Below are positions 57,150-64,000 of a stretch of 64,000 nucleotides of DNA, piece by piece. How positions within the stretch are numbered: position 1 is the stretch's first letter; each line of letters opens with the position of its first letter. The position numbers and the translations under genes are program-made. The notes under the pieces are model-generated. The model saw nothing but the letters and a program-made list of their open reading frames with translations. It ran no database searches and was not told the DNA's origin. Source of the DNA: a virus (Duplodnaviria; Heunggongvirae; Uroviricota; Caudoviricetes); the IMG/VR virus record IMGVR_UViG_3300045988_147489, positions 20,848 to 84,847 of that record. One strand, written 5' to 3'.

Positions 57150-57361
57150 TGGCATTAACACTGGCAGGTCTGGAAATCGAGAAAACAAGCGGCTACTGGC
57201 GTGCTAAGGGTTTCAAGCAGCATGGCATTCTTGAGCGTCTGGAACGTGAAGATGGGTATATCGTCCACCAGCGGCGTGAATGGCGTATGTACGATCCAGA
57301 AACAGGAAAACTGACTACAAAAGCCGGAACACTTTGGGGTCTGTTAAAGAAAATACACTAA
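57149..57361 (+). CDS. hypothetical small protein
   Basis: ORF overlapping previous stop. Confidence 0.35.
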   Translation: MALTLAGLEIEKTSGYWRAKGFKQHGILERLEREDGYIVHQRREWRMYDPETGKLTTKAGTLWGLLKKIH

Positions 57362-57407
57362 ATGCAAACTGACTGCGGCACGTTCCGCAGTCATATTTCA
57401 TAGTCGT

Positions 57408-57941
57408 CACCGCTGACAGCATACACAATCAACTACCGCTGATAGCATATCGAGAGTCTATCTCACCGCTCACAGCATACTTTACTCGATTTTTTACCGC
57501 TGACAGCATACTTAAGAAATTGCATGAATAATGTGTCCCGGTATGGGTATAACCAGAACAAAATTACCGCTGGCAGCATACGAATGTCTGACATATACCA
57601 TTAATTACCGCTGATAGCATATCCAAACAAAAATTCCTCAATAAAACACCGCTGACAGCATACGTTCTATCAGGGAGTAGCAGGCAATAAATGCCTTTCA
57701 CTACAAGCAATCAGCGCAATAGCAATAGAATGTTAGTGAGCGCAAACCTATATGGAATGCACTCTTCGAGGTTAGTAACCACTGGGGAGGTATGACAGAG
57801 CATTGAGTGGTGATAGATGATTTACCGCTCACAGCATACGTTCATCTCACTATACCGCTGGTAGCATATCTTTAACCGTTCACAGCATACTTTTCAGAAA
57901 AATAGCCGCTGATAGCATACATTTCACCGCTGACAGCATAT
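57408..57941 (+). repeat. iteron array downstream of repA (incA-like control locus): 12 copies of about 17-bp repeat, consensus (T/C)ACCGCTGACAGCATAC
   Basis: copies at about 57408, 57434, 57464, 57495, 57565, 57606, 57647, 57823, 57853, 57874, 57904, 57925; same orientation; two clusters separated by about 160 bp. Confidence 0.8.
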
Positions 57942-59035
57942 CAAAGCAGTTTGAGACTATTGGAAAGGATCTCAATCATCTTGATATTTTCAGGCGTCAA
58001 ATTCTGCGAAAGTTCGGTTATCTTGTTGATAATGTTCTGTTTGGCATCAATTTCCCCAGCTTTCTCATCTGGTTTTTTGGGTTCGATGTCTTCAGGTTTT
58101 GGCGGTGCGACTTTGAGTTTTGGATTGCGGCTGTGAATCTGGATATAGATCGACCGCCCACGCTTAATCTCGCTGTATTCGAGATAGCCCAAATCTTGGA
58201 GAGCTTTTAAGCCGTTACGTATAGTCTGATTCTGCGAGCTGACATTCCTGCTACTCAAATTGAGTCGCGCACGCAATCGAGCAAGCGATACCGGCGCAGG
58301 CTTGGTAGGAAGACTTTCGATGAAGGTGTACAGAGCCTGTGCTGTTTCTTTGCGTGGTAGCTTATTGATAACCTTTAACTGCAAAAGAACCTTATGGTCA
58401 AAGCGATATAGTTCGGCCAGCTTCGGTTCTGCATAGAACACCACCGTATCTTTCTGCTCGTTGTAGTCCACGCTATTGATGAGGTGCACCATCAGAAGCG
58501 AGATCTTGTTAGAGCCGTCGACGTTCTTTTCTTCATACGTTCTCTGGAAAGACAGAGTTGTACGCATGATCTTCAAAAGACTGTTTGTAAGCCGGTCGCG
58601 GAGTGTTTTGCGGATCTGTGACGATGGATAGCCACAAAACTTAGCAAATTTCGTGATGCTTAACTCGACACGACCGTTAGGTTCGCCGTATTCTGCCAGC
58701 GAACGCACAACGCCCACCCACGTTTTGAAATCATGATCCATGTCGAGACGAGGACCGGTTATCTTGATATCGGAATAGCCTTCAGAACGGGCTACTTCGA
58801 GCTGGACAAGCTCCTTTGAAGCATCAATCTCATTTGGCTTGTTACGTTTACTGTATTTTGTTCCCTTAAGCGTGGGGACGAACAACCCCAGTCGCATCAA
58901 CGCAATTGGTTGGACTGTATTGTTGCTATTAGGGACAAGTTCCCCTGTGTACAATTCAAGGGAACCTTCTTCAAAGTTGTCGATGTTATCTTCTACTTCT
59001 TTGTTATTTTTACCTTTTTTATTTTTTGTGGACAT
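57941..59035 (-). CDS. repA: plasmid replication initiator RepA (iteron-binding)
   Basis: gene bracketed by iterons; start set at the internal ATG (MSTKNKKG...) because the upstream extension is translated from iteron DNA; AAAGG RBS. Confidence 0.7.
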   Translation of the reverse strand: MSTKNKKGKNNKEVEDNIDNFEEGSLELYTGELVPNSNNTVQPIALMRLGLFVPTLKGTKYSKRNKPNEIDASKELVQLEVARSEGYSDIKITGPRLDMDHDFKTWVGVVRSLAEYGEPNGRVELSITKFAKFCGYPSSQIRKTLRDRLTNSLLKIMRTTLSFQRTYEEKNVDGSNKISLLMVHLINSVDYNEQKDTVVFYAEPKLAELYRFDHKVLLQLKVINKLPRKETAQALYTFIESLPTKPAPVSLARLRARLNLSSRNVSSQNQTIRNGLKALQDLGYLEYSEIKRGRSIYIQIHSRNPKLKVAPPKPEDIEPKKPDEKAGEIDAKQNIINKITELSQNLTPENIKMIEILSNSLKLL

Positions 59036-59044
59036 GTGGACACC

Positions 59045-59147
59045 TTTGTCATTCAACCGCTGACAGCATACTTGATTTGCCGCTGACAGAATACCAAAAA
59101 CAGTTGGCAGCATACGGTGAACCGCTGACAGACTATCAATTACCGCT
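59045..59147 (+). repeat. origin iterons upstream of repA (4 full copies plus one partial)
   Basis: AACCGCTGACAGCATAC, TGCCGCTGACAGAATAC, partial TTGGCAGCATAC, AACCGCTGACAGACTAT, TACCGCTGACAGCATAC. Confidence 0.8.
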
Positions 59148-59196
59148 GACAGCATACATGAACATGGCTTCAGACCAGTCGTGGCGCGGCTTACAG

Positions 59197-59273
59197 CGAT
59201 CGGGGATCTTATTTGATCTATACAAGGATCTATCTATGGATCTCTTTATTAGGATCTATCCTGTGGATATGTG
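59197..59273. promoter_or_regulatory. origin-associated GATC cluster (six sites, mostly in GGATCT heptamers) plus DnaA-box-like TGTGGATAT
   Basis: GATC at about 59197, 59205, 59216, 59227, 59239, 59253; TGTGGATAT at 59263-59271; layout resembles P1 oriR. Confidence 0.55.
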
Positions 59274-59356
59274 AATAATTAAAACAGGCATTTACTACCT
59301 TCGGCGCACCTGGTGGGTTATCGTTGCCTCGGCTAACAATCACAGAAAAATGACAT

Positions 59357-60001
59357 ATGGATCTAAAACGCACGCGCTGGGTTCGTCGTCTTGAAGACGG
59401 CTCCTACACTATCGAATCAAATTCCAACCTGAATAAGCAGAAGTTGCTTTGTGACATCTGCGGTATAGCGGCGAAGTGCCCGATCTACGAAACCAGAATT
59501 AAACTTGATAAGGCTGGTGTGAATTTTCATTTAAACAGTTGCATCAGGTACGTTCCATTACTCGCATTTCGTAAACCGATCATCGGATTGGATGCTCCCT
59601 ACTTCAACACACTCCGTTCAGGTGTGACGTGGCGAGATCGTTTATCACCAGACAAGCTGATTTGCCTCGTATCCGCAGACACAGGGAAAATCATCCGTTT
59701 TGGGAAAGTAGACAAGGTTTACTCAGGCCCAGTAGACGAAATGTTGCGGAAACACAGCCGGTTTAATCATCTCTGTATGGGTGGTGAGAAAATCGAGAAG
59801 GTAGAAGAAGTGATCCGCAAATCCTACGGACACTTTCTGACCAAAGATAGCCTGCTCACCGCAATCTACATCAGACATGTAAAACGTGAGTTCGACCTCG
59901 AATACCACAGCGAAGAAGAGCTTAACCTTGTTGACCCACGTCCAAAAGCTGGCGTCATAAGCATAAACGCAGCGCGTAAAAAGCCCACTGACGCGCTGTA
60001 A
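59357..60001 (+). CDS. hypothetical protein
   Basis: ORF from track; followed by hairpin GGCGTAGAT...ATCTACGCC at about 60020-60040. Confidence 0.45.
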   Translation: MDLKRTRWVRRLEDGSYTIESNSNLNKQKLLCDICGIAAKCPIYETRIKLDKAGVNFHLNSCIRYVPLLAFRKPIIGLDAPYFNTLRSGVTWRDRLSPDKLICLVSADTGKIIRFGKVDKVYSGPVDEMLRKHSRFNHLCMGGEKIEKVEEVIRKSYGHFLTKDSLLTAIYIRHVKREFDLEYHSEEELNLVDPRPKAGVISINAARKKPTDAL

Positions 60002-60255
60002 CCCTCCAGATCGTATATTGGCGTAGATAGAATCTACGCCTCCTCAAAATAGCTCTCATAGCGTTCTACAGTGATCCTGTCTTATTTTTAGTCATACAGA
60101 CAAGCAAAGTTGCTCCACAATAAATAGGTATATACTTACTTATAAATTTTGTATATTAAGACGCTCGTTTCATTCCTAACATACCGTTATGCATAGTTGT
60201 TTACCTTCTCATTGCTCTTAAAATTTGTATCAAAATAACCACAAAGGAAAAACAC

Positions 60256-61341
60256 ATGACTTTGCCATACGGCGTCATTTCTGACTGCCACTACCACAAA
60301 TGGGATGCGTTCTCCACGACGAACGCAGAGGGGCTTAACTCCAGACTTGAAATACAGTTGGAAGCAACGAAAGAAGCAGCCATCGCCATGAAGAAGGCCG
60401 GTTGTAAGTACATGTTGGTTGCCGGTGATACATTTCACGTCCGAGGAACTGTGTCCCCTTCTGTTTTGCATTACGTAACTGAAACGTACAAGTGGATTAT
60501 CAACGAGCTTGATCTGACAGTAGTAATGCTGGCCGGTAATCACGATCTTGAAACCAACGATTCAGTATATAGCGCCAACGCAGCAGCATCGCTGAGTTCT
60601 ATCGGCGTGGTAATCGTATGTGGCAAACGCCCACACTCAATAAAAATTGGTGATGTGACTGTCCACCTGATTAGCTGGCGTAACAATCATGCGGAGCTTA
60701 TCAGCGATCTGAAAGCATTACGTAAGAGCGTAGAAGGTGATAATCATGACGTTGTTATCCATACATCCATTAACAAAGCCATTCCAACAATGCCTGACGT
60801 CGGTATCGATGCGCAGGAGTTAAAGGATATCGGCTTTCGTCTCGTGCTTAGTGGGCATTACCACAACCACAAAGAGGTCATTCCTGGAGTTATCAGTGTC
60901 GGTGCGCTGACCCATCAAAATTGGGGAGATGTTGGATCTCTGGCTGGTTACATGATCGTAAACCCGGACGGCAGTTTCAGTCACTACGAAACCAGTGCGC
61001 CTAAATTCATTAACCTGGAAGATTATGTTGCCGATGACCAAATTCGCGGCAACTACGTGCGTTTCCGCGCCGTAATTGAGAACGATGAAGAAGGCATTAA
61101 GTACCAGAACATCCTCAAAACAATGGGTGCAAAAGGTGTCGTGTGCAACTTCATCCGTAAGTCATCAATGATGGAAGGGACAGCAAGCACAACGGAAACC
61201 AGCAAAATCGATAGCCTGGGAGAGTCGGTATCTGCTTATTGCAAGATTGTCCACGATACTGACGGCGGATTTGATCTGAGCAAGTTGGATATTTTGTGTC
61301 AGGAAATCCTCACCGAAGCGGAGAGTTCGGAGGCTGTGTGA
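60256..61341 (+). CDS. SbcD/Mre11-like metallophosphoesterase nuclease
   Basis: calcineurin-like motifs: DCHYH, GDTFH, AGNHD, SGHYHNH. Confidence 0.7.
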   Translation: MTLPYGVISDCHYHKWDAFSTTNAEGLNSRLEIQLEATKEAAIAMKKAGCKYMLVAGDTFHVRGTVSPSVLHYVTETYKWIINELDLTVVMLAGNHDLETNDSVYSANAAASLSSIGVVIVCGKRPHSIKIGDVTVHLISWRNNHAELISDLKALRKSVEGDNHDVVIHTSINKAIPTMPDVGIDAQELKDIGFRLVLSGHYHNHKEVIPGVISVGALTHQNWGDVGSLAGYMIVNPDGSFSHYETSAPKFINLEDYVADDQIRGNYVRFRAVIENDEEGIKYQNILKTMGAKGVVCNFIRKSSMMEGTASTTETSKIDSLGESVSAYCKIVHDTDGGFDLSKLDILCQEILTEAESSEAV

Positions 61342-61385
61342 GGCAAAGTCGTTATGGGAGCTTTCGAGACTTTGCCATCACGATG

Positions 61386-61574
61386 AAAAGACTTGAACGA
61401 GGCCAGACGGTGATGTTTCACAAGCCCTACCCGCCACAAGGAAATCCCGTAGCGTTTTATCTTGGAAGGTTAACCAGAAAAGGCGTATTGAGGCGCAGAT
61501 CCTTCCCGGCGCATACGGAGTTCAGATTGAAAGAAGGTCAAAAGCTAACACACGGTATCAAAGGTGTTATATGA
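61386..61574 (+). CDS. small basic hypothetical protein
   Basis: 63-aa ORF between the nuclease and ATPase genes. Confidence 0.25.
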   Translation, partial: KRLERGQTVMFHKPYPPQGNPVAFYLGRLTRKGVLRRRSFPAHTEFRLKEGQKLTHGIKGVI

Positions 61575-63121
61575 AGTTTTTAAAGCTCCAGGTTGAGAAT
61601 TTTATGGCTATCGCCAGCGCGGAGGTCGAGTTAGATCAGCGTGGTTTAGTGCTCATTCAGGGTGTTAATAGTGATGATAGTTCCGCATCAAGTAATGGCT
61701 CTGGAAAGTCAACGCTAATGAATAGCCTGATGTGGTGTCTTTATGGCGAAACAGCTCATGGTGTGAAGGGTGACGATGTGTTGTCTACCGACCATGAAAA
61801 GAACTGTCGTGTTGCAGTAACCATCGAGGATGAAGGCAAGAGATATGCGATCATTCGTCACCGTAAACACAAAGAGTTCAAAAATCGGCTTATCGTTCGT
61901 GGTGAAGACGGCGATATGACGAAAGGCAAAGATGCGCTGACGCAAGAGTTCGTCGAGCGTCTGATCGGTGCATCTAAAGAGGTTTTCATGGCTTCCATCT
62001 ATGCGAGCCAAGAAGCTATGCCAGATTTACCTGGAATGTCCGACAAAAACCTCAAAACCATCGTAGAAGAAGCCGCTGGCGTTGACAGACTGACACGCGC
62101 CTACGCTATTGCTCGTGAGCGAGCTAATGCAGCTGCCGCACGTATGGATGTGGTTAAAACCAAATTGGAGTCGACAATCTCGACCATTGAGGCAACACAG
62201 TCAGAAATTGAGTCAGCGAAAGCCTCCTCTGAATCATGGGAGCAAGAGCGTTCTAAACGTTATGACGATGCCCTGGCTGGGCTGGCCAGTGCCGAAGTTG
62301 AGTTAACGGAAGTTGAACTTGAGATCCGCACTCTTCCCGAACAGATCCGTGATACCGAGAAGGCAATCGAAAGTGAGCGCAAAAAGTTAGCCTCAAAAGA
62401 AGAACATGACGCCAAGTTGCTCAAAGTTCGTGGTGCGATAACTGATATTCGGGCAAGCATCAAAGCTACAGAAAATAGTCAGGCTGATGCAATGAACCGC
62501 GCGCGTAATTTTAAGACTAAAGCAGAAGAGGTTGGTACTAAAGTGGGATCACCATGCCCTACTTGTGGCAAAGCCTACTGCGAAGAAGATCTATCAACGG
62601 TGAAGGAGAATTTCATTGAACAAGCACGTCAGGAAATTGGTCAGGCGAAGACACTTGCAGAGGCAATGGCTAAACACAAAACGAATCTTGAGAAAGCGTT
62701 AAGCATTGAGTCTGCCCTTGTTAAAACGACACCTGATGTAACGGCTATCATTGCCCGGATTGAAGAGCTTACGAAACAACTCTCATCTTTGCGTCATCGT
62801 GAGAAGGAGGTTGTTGCTATTGAGTCTCTTGTGACTCGTGCTCGTACTGAGGTCGATCGTATATCAAAAGAGATTAATCCGTTTATTGCTCTTATCGCCA
62901 GACACGAAGATAACCTGGTATCCAGTAAGTCTACCTTCAAGTCCTTAAAAGATGAGTTGAAGGCTATTCAGGAACAAACGTTGCTATTGGAAAAAGCTCG
63001 TCAGGTCTACTCTCCTGCCGGGGTGCGTTCTCATATTTTGACGTCTGTTACGCCTTTCCTGAATACACGCACTGCCGAGTATCTCAATACGTTGTCTGAC
63101 GGGAATATTACTGCTGAGTGA
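61571..63121 (+). pseudogene. SbcC/Rad50-like ATPase truncated by IS insertion (N-terminal ATPase head, coiled coil, zinc hook present; C-terminal ATPase half missing)
   Basis: Walker A NGSGKSTLMNSL; CPTCGK zinc-hook-like CxxC mid-protein; ORF stops at the TGA formed by the first bases of the IS (63119-63121); no signature motif, Walker B or D-loop before the stop. Confidence 0.6.
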
Positions 63122-63190
63122 AGTGGTTTACTGAATTTGGCCACCTGAACAGAGGTGATATGCTCACCTCAGAACAACACAGGTGCCATA

Positions 63191-64000
<810 letters not shown>

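Noticed and set aside
57408-57941. Regularly repeated 17-bp units that could be mistaken for a CRISPR array
   Set aside because: Spacing between copies is irregular (9 to 160 bp), the repeats are not palindromic, no cas genes are present, and the array flanks a repA gene; iteron array is the better explanation.
57951-59063. Plus-strand ORFs 57951-58136 and 58839-59063 inside repA
   Set aside because: Antisense to the RepA coding sequence and partly composed of iteron sequence.
59036-59155. Upstream in-frame extension of repA to an ATG at 59155 (minus strand)
   Set aside because: The extension is translated from the iteron repeats themselves and places the binding sites inside the coding region; the internal ATG at 59035 with an AAAGG RBS is preferred.

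Overview
This 64 kb window reads as a contiguous piece of a temperate, lambda-like siphovirus that is probably maintained as a phage-plasmid; all calls are made by eye from the sequence and the six-frame ORF track, with no database searches. From start to end: (1) a + strand tail morphogenesis block (neck proteins, major tail protein with Ig-like domain, G/T chaperone pair, tape measure, gpM/L/K/I homologues, a giant 4054-aa gpJ-like central fibre, a side tail fibre with S74 chaperone); (2) a lysis cassette with overlapping Rz/Rz1-like spanins; (3) a ParA plus small ParB-like partition pair; (4) a replication/recombination block (GIY-YIG protein, DnaB-like helicase, primase, ATP-dependent DNA ligase, three tandem small membrane proteins); (5) a cluster of four tRNAs (Asn, Tyr, Thr, Ser) with unusual long-range inverted repeats; (6) an AT-rich island with a lipoprotein gene and a 442-aa membrane protein gene, then glutaredoxin, tyrosine integrase and an HTH regulator; (7) a vWA/AAA ATPase pair, DNA polymerase III alpha, gp32-like SSB, 5'-3' exonuclease, RecA, and an SPFH lipoprotein; (8) a P1-style iteron replicon (repA on the minus strand, flanked by 12 plus about 4.5 iterons, a GATC cluster and a DnaA-box-like site); (9) an SbcD/SbcC-like nuclease pair whose SbcC gene is cut by an IS3-family (IS911-like) element that runs off the window end. 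The most interesting candidates for undescribed biology are the AT-rich island between the tRNAs and the integrase, the repeat-expanded J protein, the structured repeats around the tRNAs, and a recurring palindromic motif plus near-identical ribosome-binding cassette in front of many replication-module genes.
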